Shown here piece by piece: positions 52,747 through 64,000 of a DNA stretch of 64,000 nt (its first letter is position 1; every line of letters begins with the position of its first letter). The notes under the pieces were generated by a model that did no database searches, was not told the origin of the DNA, and saw only the letters and a list, made by a program, of their open reading frames with translations. The stretch covers positions 5,334,001 through 5,398,000 of the forward strand of contig NC_087245.1 of NCBI RefSeq assembly GCF_037042905.1, read 5' to 3'. A program made the translations under genes and the position numbers. The DNA comes from Lytechinus pictus. Its lineage: Eukaryota.

Positions 52747-53451
52747 GACCCTGTAATGTGCATGGTGTGGGGGACTGTTTTGCCCCTGCCTCATAATGCC
52801 TGGCTATGCCACTGTTTTCCTCCTTAGTGAAAGAAATTTAGCATGTTTTAATCTTATAATTCAGTGCAAGTTTTCACTGTTGGCTGTGGCCCCTTTCAGA
52901 AAGCGGGAGATCTTCTTCCCATGCAGTGATGCATGGTTTCATCCAATGGAAAAGCATACAATCTGAACGCTTCCCCATTCTTTTTTTAGATTCAGCATAA
53001 TATCGTTGAATCTGTAAATTTACCAACCAAAACACGAACAAACACATATAGGCTTAAATCTTACTTTGCTCTTCTTCGCAGTGCACAAGCATAAGGATAA
53101 AATTCCCTTGCAAAATTTCGTCGCAAAAAAAAAGATTCATTCTCTGATCCTTCTTAAAAAAAGAAGGAAGTAATCCGATAGAAATTATTAACTCGCCTGT
53201 TTGGAAATCATCAAAGACTAATAATTAAACATTCTTAGAATAAAATGGTCAGTGGGGCGATGTAGTGCATTTTAAATATTTTGTTGGGGGAGGGGGGGGG
53301 GGTGTAAAGACAAAGGTGACGTCATGTTTGCCTCATCATTAGTGGTAAGATTTACACCGAATAAGAGTACTAAAAGGGATACCATAACTGGGCCCTATTA
53401 AAGATATCACTAGGGATTTTCTGGTATCACAGCCATTAAGGTTGTCAATGG

Positions 53452-55737
53452 CATGGGCGGAAATCTGTCCCGAAAGGTAGGGGGGACAACAGGGGCTGAT
53501 CGAGCCTTCGCCAATAGGGGGGGGGGGGGCGAAAACATTTTCAGTCATATGTTAATCCCCGATCGGCAGCTCGAAGGTAATTTTTGTCTGTTTCATTGAA
53601 GGAGTAGTCCTCATGGTCACTTTTTAGCTTTATCCTTATAAATCAACATAAATATATGATATCATTGTCCTTATTTATATAATGCGAGCGCGAAGCGCGA
53701 GCAATTTTTTGGGGAAAAATTTATGTATTTTTTTCCTAAAATTTATACATTCTGGGCAATGTTTGTTATCCTGAAAAAGATGTATATACAACTAAATATT
53801 TACTACGACCGCGAAGTGCGAGCAGAGGTTAACTGATGGAAAAGGTACCTGTTAAAGACTGCTTGCAATTAGCCATGAAGACGTTACATATTTCAACAAT
53901 CAAATAATGCGAGCGCGAAGCGCGAGCCGAAATTTTTTGAAATTTTTACCCAAAGACTGGAAATTCTAAGCACTTTTTGTAACTTAAACATATAATAGGT
54001 ATATAACTAAACAATTGATGCGAACGCGAAGCACGAGCGGAAGGTTTTGAGATTTAGACCTTAGAACGAGACACTCTGTTCATGTTTTGTAAATCATGAA
54101 AAGGATGAGTAATTGGGGTCTTTCTTACACCCGGTCCTTACATTAATAAAGCGAGTGCAAAATGCAGCCAGAAAATGTTCATATACGTTTAATTTGAATT
54201 GATCGAAAGGGTACTTGTTAAGGACTGCTTGCACTTAGCCATGAAGACGTTACATATTTCAACAATCAATGCTAGCGCGAATCGCGAGCTGAAAATTTTT
54301 GACATTTTTTCAAAAAGAATCGAAAATTGTAATCAATTTTCGTAATCGTGAACAGGGTAGCTATATAACTAAACTATTGATGTAAGCGAAGCTTGAGCAG
54401 AAATAATCGAGATTTAGACCTAAAAACGGGACACTCTACTCATGTTTTGTAAATCATGAAAAGGATGAGTAATAGGGGATCCTTCTACATTAATAATGCG
54501 AGCACAAAGCGCGAGCAGAAAATGTTTGATATTGTGATCTGAAACTGGATAATGATTTAAATAGAGAACAAATTGAATATCTGAATAAACATGATCGTGT
54601 TTCAGATTTAGACCTAGAATCTCGGCATTTTACACATCTATTAGCGAGCGCGAAGCGCGAGCTTAAACTATTTGATATTCCGATCTGAAAAAAAGAGTCA
54701 ATTTCAGCTATATATTTCAAGCACTTTGTAGGAAAATTGTGAGGTGGATATGGATCACACTTAATAAAGAGCTGATATTTTTCATTATTATTTGAGTTTT
54801 TACATAGGACCGGGACATCCTTAGGACAAGTCATATGAAAATGATGACTATCTTCCTATTCCTCTTACTAAGCGCAAGATGAAACAAAAGGGACAATTTA
54901 ATCATTAAATTGATATCTTATTTATTAATGCATAATGCGGGCGAGAAATCTGATGATATTATGGCCTGAAAACTTGACATTTCAAGCACTTTTGTAATTA
55001 GGAATAGAATGCATCAGTTAAAACATTTTAACCATCAATGCGAGCGCAAATCGCGAGCCAAAATCTTTGATAAACTGTCATGAAAATCAATATTGAGACA
55101 TACATAAATCGCCAATGAAAATACGAGTAGCACTATCTGCTACGTTTTGACAATCAGACTTGAAAAGGGATATTTTCAAACTAAATGGAATACACAAAAA
55201 TAATAGGTAGGCCTACTGAATAAATCGAATTTTGCGAGCGCTCAGTGCGAGTAGAAAATGTTAATATTCAGACCATAAAAGCTATAACTTTTACAGATCA
55301 CTTTTTTAAACTCCGTTTGTAAATCACACAAAATAATGAAAGTTTGATTTCCGAGGTGAAATGTATAATGTATATTGACTTCCGAACATGATATTTAAGC
55401 TCCATATTGAAAAATCACCTAACAGGCAATGCGAGCGCGAAGCGCGAGCGAAAATTTTATATAGTGACATGAAAGATTCTTTTTATTTTCCAAGTTTTCC
55501 CCTCATCTTATTTTATTCACTCTGGAAAATTTGACAAGCAAAAAAAACAAAGGTTTTCGCCGAAAATGTAAGGTCATTTAGTCCAAAATACACGTATTAT
55601 TTCGAATGTGAATGATGCATTTTTCTCCATCATAAAAGACCAAAAATAGTAGGGGGGACATTTGATATTGTGTCCCCCCTACTATTTTTGGTAGGGGGGA
55701 CACGTCCCCCCTGTCCCCCCTGGGATTTCCGCCCATG
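53452..55737. mobile_element. Non-autonomous hAT element, 2.3 kb
   Basis: Perfect 14-bp TIR CATGGGCGGAAATC; perfect 8-bp TSD GTCAATGG (53444-53451, 55738-55745); internal diverged tandem units marked by GCGAGCGCGAAGCGCGAGC. Confidence 0.92.
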
Positions 55738-57163
55738 GTCAATGGTGAATACTTGGGACCAATTCGAGTCGCGGTTATAAAACAAATAGGAATGACATTA
55801 ATTATTGCTAACATCGACATAAAAGCCCGCAAAGAAGCACTCCTCCCTGTGTTATCATCCCCAACACGGTCGAACATCATAATATTTATGATGAATCATA
55901 ATTATGACAAATATGATAATGATGATAACGATCATGCATGATGATAGTATAGTAAGTCGTATAGACACATGATGACCATCAATTATTCTTTTCCGGAAGT
56001 TAATAATGTTAATTGTTATTGAATGAAACATTCGAATCCTTTCAGAAATTGTTCAGACAGATGGGGGGGGGGGGGAGAAATAAAACTTTCCAGAATGAAA
56101 AAGAATGATATTTTTTTTATACATTATAATGTTTAAAATTTACCCTCCCCGCAACCAAGCGCATGGGTGTGGCCCGTTTATTTTAGCAACCTTTAAGATG
56201 CAATTTCTTTTTTGTTGTTGCTTGATCCAGGTTTGTGATGTAAAATAAGTGGAGAGTATTATAAAAGAAATGAGAATTGGAATTTGAAAGCGTGTATAAA
56301 AGGGAAATAACTCGGTAAACCCAGAAGAGTTCTCTAAAATGGCTGCCGTTTTCAAGTTAACTTTACCAACATTTCAACGCGCACTTCACGCTCACATTAT
56401 TGGTCGTGTCCTTACACGCAAGTAGTTCCTAGTGAAATATAGCTACAATACTAAACTTCAGTCTTAAGGACTACCCCTACTGGCGTACAGATGTGAGGCT
56501 TGGGGGCCACGAATCTTCCCCAACTGAAGTTTCACGACCTAGAATCAGGAGAAAATGAAAGAAAAGGAAAAGAAAAAAGGTGGAAAATGTTATATTTTTA
56601 AAAATATCATGTCGAAATCTATAACAAAATTAGATTTTCGGAATAAAAAGTTCAAAAATTTTTCTCTCTCGCTCACTCAAAGTTTTTTTTTCTTTATGTA
56701 ATGTCTGGCCCCACCGTAAGAATTTTATACTTGTTACGCCATATATATATATACATATAGTACACTCAGAAACAATGCTTTATGTAATACATTATCCATT
56801 CATATACTCTTCGTTCACCTCTTCTAATTTACTTTAAAGTTTTTTTTTATTAGTTTCTATCAAAGTACACTATACTTTCAAAAGAAATAAGATTATCAAA
56901 ATCACTCTTAATTTTCAATAGAAGTCTTTTTTGTGTGTGATTAAGGAATCCATGGAAAAATGTGGCGGTAGTATATCCTACCTAAGAAAAGTTGCTTTCC
57001 TCCAACGGACTGTCGATCCTCTGCTGCAAGTTACTTTTTTGGTTGTTGAAAAGATAGCACAACAAGTTAAAGCGTTTAAAAGGTAATATAGTTTGACTGA
57101 ATTTCTCGTCTATTCCGGCATCTATTCCAACAACGAGCTAGTTGCATAGAGGAATCAAAAGAA

Positions 57164-57588
57164 GGGTAAACTGCCAATTCGTCTATTGCCAACTCGTCCA
57201 ATCATCACAGGTCTTCCTTCATTAAGTCTAATTAATGCCATTCTGTCCATTCACATTTCGTCTAACAGCCACTAGCTGACTTGGTACAATAACCATTTGG
57301 TCCAATAATCACTTTGACTAATCACTGTTCATCTATGACCATGTTTTTTCGTCTCGTATCCATTTGGTCCAAGTGCCCATTTGATTTTAATTCACTTCGT
57401 CAAATTAACACTTAGTTAATTTAAGACCAATTGGTATATGGACTAAATGGCTATTTGGCTCTATGGCTAGACTATAATCTGGTTATTAGACGAAATGACA
57501 ATTGAACCATGTGGATAGTGGACGAACTGATGCTAAACCATAAGATGGTAATTGGACGAATTGGCATTAGACCAATTGGCAATAAACC
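57164..57588. mobile_element. MITE with ~15-bp subrepeats
   Basis: GGTAAACTGCCAATTCGTCTATTGCCAACTCGTC / GACGAATTGGCATTAGACCAATTGGCAATAAACC inverted ends. Confidence 0.7.
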
Positions 57589-58884
57589 AAAGAAGCTTCT
57601 GCAGAGTACCACTGCACTGTACGGTCAAGAAGTGGTAATAATCCTTCCCTAAAAGCTGAAGCTTGAGAGAGCTAGCTCTAGATCAGAGGGACAATCATCT
57701 TGATCTTGCTCTTTGAGTCCATCGGAATGCACATTTTGTGTGTGTGATGGTGCTGCGTGGAAACGAATAGAGTAGGCTTTGCCTTTGCGTGTCTCCCATG
57801 CATGAACACACAATTCAAGTACACGCTGCGCTCACGGTGTAGTATTTAGCCGGCCAAGACACCTGACGAGAGACGATTTTGGAATCATCAGGTAAAATAC
57901 TATTTTTTTAACTTACGAAGTTCCAACTGAATGAGTAATTGTAATTATATTACAACTGGTAAACGATTGTATAAATTCATATGTGTTGCATTATTGTGTG
58001 AATTTCTTATTTGGCTTAAAACGTTAGTTTTTAAACTCTTAGCCGTAAGTTTTTTGCGATCGTGAGCACGCGGCCAGTCTGTGTGTTGTGTGTATGGTAC
58101 TTTTCTGTGTTGTTTGCGCAAATGGGACCGTGTAGTAGTTTGACATCGTGAGTAGACTGCAGAGTTTTCGTCTAAAACTTTTGTAAAGTATAAACTTTTG
58201 CACCATTTTCTTCCATATCTAAACTAATAGTTGTAAAAATATTGGTCATATGTGTTTCTTACAATCATACTTTAAACTTAATATTGCCTAATTTGTTGCT
58301 GTTCGTTGATTTTAAGGGTTTTATGGATCTGGAATATTGAAATCTTGTATAGATATGAGACGAGTCGTGACGTAGCAAGGGAATGAGGCCATAGGCATAG
58401 CAAAGAGCATGCAACCTGTTAACCGTGCCCGTATTAATGTGCAATACATTTCGGGAAGGGCATGGCCTTTGCATGTACCCAAAGCCATTGAGAGTTCATG
58501 TTGACAGAATATCGAGTGTTTTGCAACCCAGTTTGAGGGAGGGGGTTGTGAATCAATTTGTTTGTTCTGTTGATCATAAGACTTTTATTGTAAGAATAAG
58601 ATTGCACAAGTTTGACTCTGACATGACTGATGACACTCCCACTCCCAGTAACTAAGTAAGAGCTTGAAGTTGAGCTTAGAACTAATACTAGAAGTTAGAG
58701 TAGTGACTTAGACTTAGTTACAAACTTACAATCATGTGCTGGCTTCACATCTCACTTTTCTTGATTCTCAATTTCAATTACTATAAGTATAACTTTACCC
58801 CAACAAACAATGTGACAAGTCCTTGCTAATTTGTTTGACTTTTATTTTCTTTTTAAATTGTGATTATATTCAACAAGTTTCAGA

Positions 58885-59165
58885 TAATGATGTGAAGATG
58901 ATGATGGTATTAATGATAATGATGATGATAATGATGATAATGATAATGATGTTAATAGTAAAAGTAATAATGATAATAATGATAATAATGATAATGATAA
59001 TGATAATTATAATGATAATAATAACAATAATAATAATAATAATGATAATATTAATAATAATAATAATGGTATTTTGATAATTAATGATAATGATGATGAT
59101 ATTGAATAATAAGAAAAATGATAGTACTTAGTAATGATAAGTAAATTTATTTAATGATAATGATT
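58885..59165. repeat. (ATG/ATA)n microsatellite
   Basis: Direct inspection. Confidence 0.95.
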
Positions 59166-59576
59166 CAATAAGCCAGTCTAGTTTTCAGTTCAGTTATTTC
59201 AATTCACGAATATTTGTTTTATGTGTTTTCCATAATAAAAAGTGATCTTATACTGTAAAACCCCCAAATATGAGTTTTATCTTCCCCTAAAAGTCTAACA
59301 GTGCAGTCCTTTTCAATTGCATTTTATTTTGCTGGCCTGAGATTGTATTTTGTTGAGCCAAAGAGAATAGAGAAAATATAAGAATCTAAGTACATGTACA
59401 TGTAGGTATTATTATCGGGAATAAAATAAGCCCATCCCCATAGCAAAGTAGTTTTAAATTTCTTTGAATCTTCCTTTAAATTTCAGTCACTAAGAATTCA
59501 AATCCAAACTTCTAATGATAGATTGCATTTTAATATATTTAAAGCAATTCATCAGTAGTTTTATAATGTTGCTTAA

Positions 59577-60943
59577 AGGACAAGTCCACCCCAACAAAAA
59601 GTTTATTTGAATAAATCCAACAAGCATAACACCAGTCCTTCACGGTTATAATTTGGTGGAGCTCAATAAATTGCTCTCCTTATTTTTTTGAGGAGCTCAA
59701 TTGAGCTCCTCAGAATCGCTCTCCTTGAGGAGCTCAAATCAATTAAATATGATACATGTATGATAAACTGTAGATTTTTCTTAACATCGTATACATGTAT
59801 GCAATAGCTGTGTAGCTATTAATTAATCTGTGGTGAAACTAGGCCTGGGTCAATACGTTTACAAAATATCGCGCTCCTGCTTAAAAAAAATAATAATACT
59901 GTACAAAAAAATTGCTAAAATTTCACAATTTACATCTTTAAATCCATGAAATGGCCATCTATTTTCCATAATTCCTTTAAATTATTTTGATTTAGTTGAA
60001 AACTATCAGAAAAATGAAGAATATTCACCTCTTTCCCGACTCTGATTTGAATTTACACTCGGTAAATATTGTAGTCCCACATGTAGACTTCCATGGTGTT
60101 GCCACGAAAATCTACATATGGGACTACAATATTTACCGAGTTTAAAATCAAATCTGAGTCGGGGAAAGAGGTGAATATTCTTCCTTTTTTCGGTAGTTTC
60201 CAACTAAATCAAAATAATTTCAAGGAATTATGGAAAACAGATGCCTATTTCGTGAATATAAAGATGTAAAATGTGAAATTTCAGCAACTTTTTGTGAAGG
60301 CTTTTTTATTTTTTATTTTTTTTTAGGAGTGCGATTTTTGTTCTTATTTTTTTAGGAGCGCGGTAGGAGCGCTGGCGCGATATTGCTCCTCAAAAATGAA
60401 GGTCTGATAACACTGAAAATTTCATCAAAATCGGATGTAAAATAAGACAGGTTATGACATTTTAAAGTTTCGCTTAATCTCACAAAACAGTTATATACAT
60501 GTACACATCCTGGCTGGTATGCTAATGAGGAGACTATGACATCATTCACTCACTATTTCTTTTGTATTTTATTAATATGAAATATTCTAATTTTCTCATT
60601 GTCAAGTGATGCAACGATTAATTCCTCCCTGAACATGTGGAATTAGCATTGTTTAATACTATATGGTTCGGTCAACTTGGTCCTTATTGTCAAATCTATA
60701 GAAAATGAAATATTGTATAATTCAAACAATAAAAAACAATAGAAATAGTGAGTGATGGACATCATCGAGTGACTCACCTAGTTGTGCATACATGTATCAC
60801 TGTTTTGTGAAAAAATAAGCGAAACTTTAAAATGTCATAACTTTCTTATTTTACATCCGATTTTGATGAAATTTTCAGCACTATGCTAGTTTGATTTTTC
60901 TCTATTTATTCAAGTCAGCATTTTCCTGGGGTGAACTTGACCT
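59577..60943. mobile_element. Kolobok-like element (TTAA TSD) with a nested insertion
   Basis: TTAA|AGGACAAGTCCACCCCA ... TGGGGTGAACTTGACCT|TTAA. Confidence 0.82.
59633..60406. mobile_element. Nested TIR element with 7-bp TSD and a long internal palindrome
   Basis: ATAACAC duplicated (59626-59632, 60407-60413); CAGTCCTTCA / TGAAGGTCTG; hairpin with ~200-bp arms centred near 60098. Confidence 0.8.
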
Positions 60944-61993
60944 TTAAACAGATTTTACAGCCACCAGAGATTCCATGTGTAGAACATGTAAAGTGCTGCA
61001 GACTGCAATTGCTTGCAATTCGACTACTGGTAGTAGTCACAGAAATTTGGTAAAATGCTTGCAATCATTACAACTGAACTGTGATCAAGTACTTCATTTC
61101 TGGATAAGAAATGAAATCAAAATTCATACCCTCATAATTTTGATTGCCAACTGGGACACACTTGTAAACAATGGTTGGAATTTGATTGCTGTGGCCATTT
61201 TATTTTTTTAACAGATGACCATCCTTTATTTTTCAGCAGGGACCAGTATACCGCTAAAATACATTAGAAAAATTCAAAGACTTCTGAATATCATCCACTT
61301 TTAGGATTATTATCTAAATCTATCAAAACTCACTTGTGATGCTTCAAACCTTTAATCAACCTCAGTAGAGCTAGGGAAATAATAGTACCGGGCAGTATGT
61401 CTCCATTTCCTTGCTTGAATTAATTGTTCGATAACGTAATAATCCCAGTGTATGGGTGCAGCTGTGAGTTAGCTTTTCCACCGGACACTTGCAGCAGAGG
61501 AACTAAAAGTTGCAAAGAGAACAAAATGGCAATTTCCCCCAATATGAAAAACTAGCTGAAACAAAAATGAAAAAAAAAATTATAACCCAAATAAATTTCT
61601 CTCATGCAGGATAAATTTTTCCCTATGTGAAGTATGTAAAGCTTACATGGCTTCAGTAGTAGATGTTAACATGGTATTGTGCACTGGAGATTACATGTAC
61701 ACTTTAACATGCATACAGACTTAGTGTATAATTAAATGAGCAAAACCAAATGCATATACATGTAATACAGGAAGTTGGAGAGTGAGGGGTTGTTAAAGTC
61801 ATTATTCACTTCCTGTTCTGGCTGAAGTATCCATGCACACAAATGATCAGATAGGTTTTGGGACTTTTGGTGTACTTGTAAATTAACAATTTAAAGTGGA
61901 CATTTTTTCCCCACACCATTTTACCATTGGGATGAATGTTTTTGTTAAAGTCCTTTTTATGTAGGCCTGCATGAAGTATGGAATGATTTTAGG

Positions 61994-62857
61994 TAGGCCC
62001 GTTTTGAAAGTCCATTTTTGATGCACATGTACACGGCGTGTTTTTCGGTCGTGTACACATTGTAAACACTGAGAGCGAGTCATGTTTTCAGTGTTTCCGA
62101 CATTTCGACACGGACCCGCATCAACATGTCAATATAATATAAAAAGGGGTATATACAAGTATAGCCTAAGTCGCGGTTTTAAAGCTTACCTGAGAAGTCA
62201 GAAGTATCAATCCACAAAAATTGGTGGAATTAAAAAGTTTACTCAGCTTAGCAGCGCATTAAATTAATAAAGAATGCAAAAGAAAATCAGTGCAGGGCCC
62301 TAGCTAGCGCCGACGTTCGTTGGATGCGCATTTTGCATACTGTACCGTACATGCATGCACAGATCGCTGCAGAATTAAGTGTAACTGAAGTTATCGATTG
62401 ATTTTCATTATTTTATTGCCAATTTGAGGAGCGTTTCTTCGTAGGCTTGTAGCACATGTGTACGAGCGTATCAACACATAACTGTAGCAATGATCGCTGT
62501 CGCAATTGGTGATTCTCAAATTGGCTCTGAGTGTGATTGAACAACGCTTTCGAGCTTTCGAGACCGGAGCAGACCCATTTCGTGGTACAAAAACTTGAGT
62601 CTCCAGGATGAATGTGGATTAATCGGCGATTTTGGAAGTAAACTTACTCTAGGTTAATTGAAATATATTGACATATTAGTGATTATAACATGTGCAGTGT
62701 CTGAGAATTAAGAATTAATGTGAGGCTGTGAGCTTGTTCACTGACTTTACAGTCCCATGCAAGCTTTATGCAGATGCTACCGTTTACACGGTGATGGAAT
62801 TTAGTACACGTGCACTGACTTGACCGTGCGTGTACACGTGTACCCGAAACGGGCCTA
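61994..62857. mobile_element. Non-autonomous hAT element
   Basis: TIR TAGGCCCGTTT / AAACGGGCCTA; perfect 8-bp TSD ATTTTAGG (61986-61993, 62858-62865). Confidence 0.88.
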
Positions 62858-63511
62858 ATTTTAGGCAAGTCCAACGCGTGCGTTACGTATGGGACATAAT
62901 TTTAGGGGCTGGAATGACCTGAAAAATGGTGATAAGGGACTTTGATTGGATTAAATACCATCATGTTGGTTGATATCTTGGAGAAGAATAATCATGTAAA
63001 AAATAGTGACATACACATGACATGACCATGATCATTCGGAGAGAAAACATGTGCCGTTACGAATGTGATGCAGAAAAAAGACAATTCTTTAACTTTTTTT
63101 TTTCAAGTTGAGAATTCTCTGAAAGTATTTCATTTGACAACTTGTAACTCAGTGATTAAAAGACACATCACTCAAGTATATTGAAGGCAAGTTTCGTGTA
63201 ATAAGGCAAAACCCTCTAATAACAGACTCATATTAGAATTTATGACATGTTACATATGGGACAGTTCTGTATGGAACATTTTGTCCCCATAGAGAACGTA
63301 CACAATTTTCCCCATGATTTTAATTTAAAAAAATCAAATACATGTACCGTAATAAAAAAAAAATGGAAATAACAAAAGAGTTTTTTTATTTTAAAATGTT
63401 CTATTGAGACATATTTGATAAGGAGATTATCTGTAGCCTTTTAACATTTCCCCCCCTTTTTTTACATTTTCCCTCCATATGTTCCATTTTTTAATGGAAG
63501 TTCCATACAGA

Positions 63512-63957
63512 CACTGTTCTCACTACCTTCCTAAAACAAGTTTACTGGAAACTAGTTTAGTGGAAACTAGTTTAACGTGTAGTGAGAACGGTCAAAGCGA
63601 TCTTCCAATCCGGTTCAGAAACCCACCTCGTGATGTAGTTTTCAAGATTGCTTTGCAATGTTAAACTGGTTTTAGCGTAAGTGAGGACACAACCGCATTC
63701 GGGAAGCGATCTTTGCACATTTTGAGCACGCTACTCCACAAGACAGGTTTAGAATGCCTACGCTGGATTTCAAATTTTGCACGAAACGTGTTACCCCACT
63801 GAGAGCGTTTCCATAGCACCAAGATCGCTTTACATGAAGTGATTTTGAAAACCACTTTCGTGTGATCAAGTGGGAATGCTAGCAAAGCGATCTTCCAAAT
63901 TGGTTTCCTGAATCGATTTCTAGTAAACTAGTTTTAGAAAGTGTAATGAGAACAGCC
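63512..63957. mobile_element. MITE (~450 bp)
   Basis: CTGTTCTCACTAC..TTCCTAAAACAAGTTTACTGGAAA / TTTCTAGTAAACTAGTTTTAGAAAGTGTAATGAGAACAG inverted ends. Confidence 0.72.
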
Positions 63958-64000
63958 TCTATATATTGTAGGCGCTGCTTTTCCAACGGCGGCGTCGGTG

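Overview
AT-rich, intron-rich animal genomic DNA. The repeat landscape looks echinoderm/sea-urchin-like, which is an inference and was not checked. Two multi-exon genes can be rebuilt by hand on the minus strand with canonical GT/AG junctions and consistent phases. The first is an acid sphingomyelinase (SMPD1-like; signal peptide, saposin-B and metallophosphoesterase domains; 13 coding exons per mRNA, 613 aa; 20030->925). The second is an SDR16C-type retinol-dehydrogenase-like short-chain dehydrogenase (4 coding exons, 328 aa; 48751->33969). The most notable feature is inside the sphingomyelinase: the 190-nt exon carrying the GHxH metal-binding motif is present twice in tandem (6102-6291 and 5848-6037). 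Both copies are intact, about 70% identical in protein and only 64 nt apart, and the reading frame allows exactly one per mRNA. This is a candidate mutually exclusive exon switch of the active site (GHTHH vs GHRHK). The rest of the window is nested non-autonomous transposons (hAT with 8-bp TSDs, Academ-like foldback, Helentron/HINE-like, Kolobok-like, Harbinger- and CACTA-like MITEs), an L2-type LINE 3' fragment, two Penelope-type minimal hammerhead ribozyme motifs, a higher-order minisatellite and microsatellites. Most ORFs in the supplied track are artefacts of these repeats.
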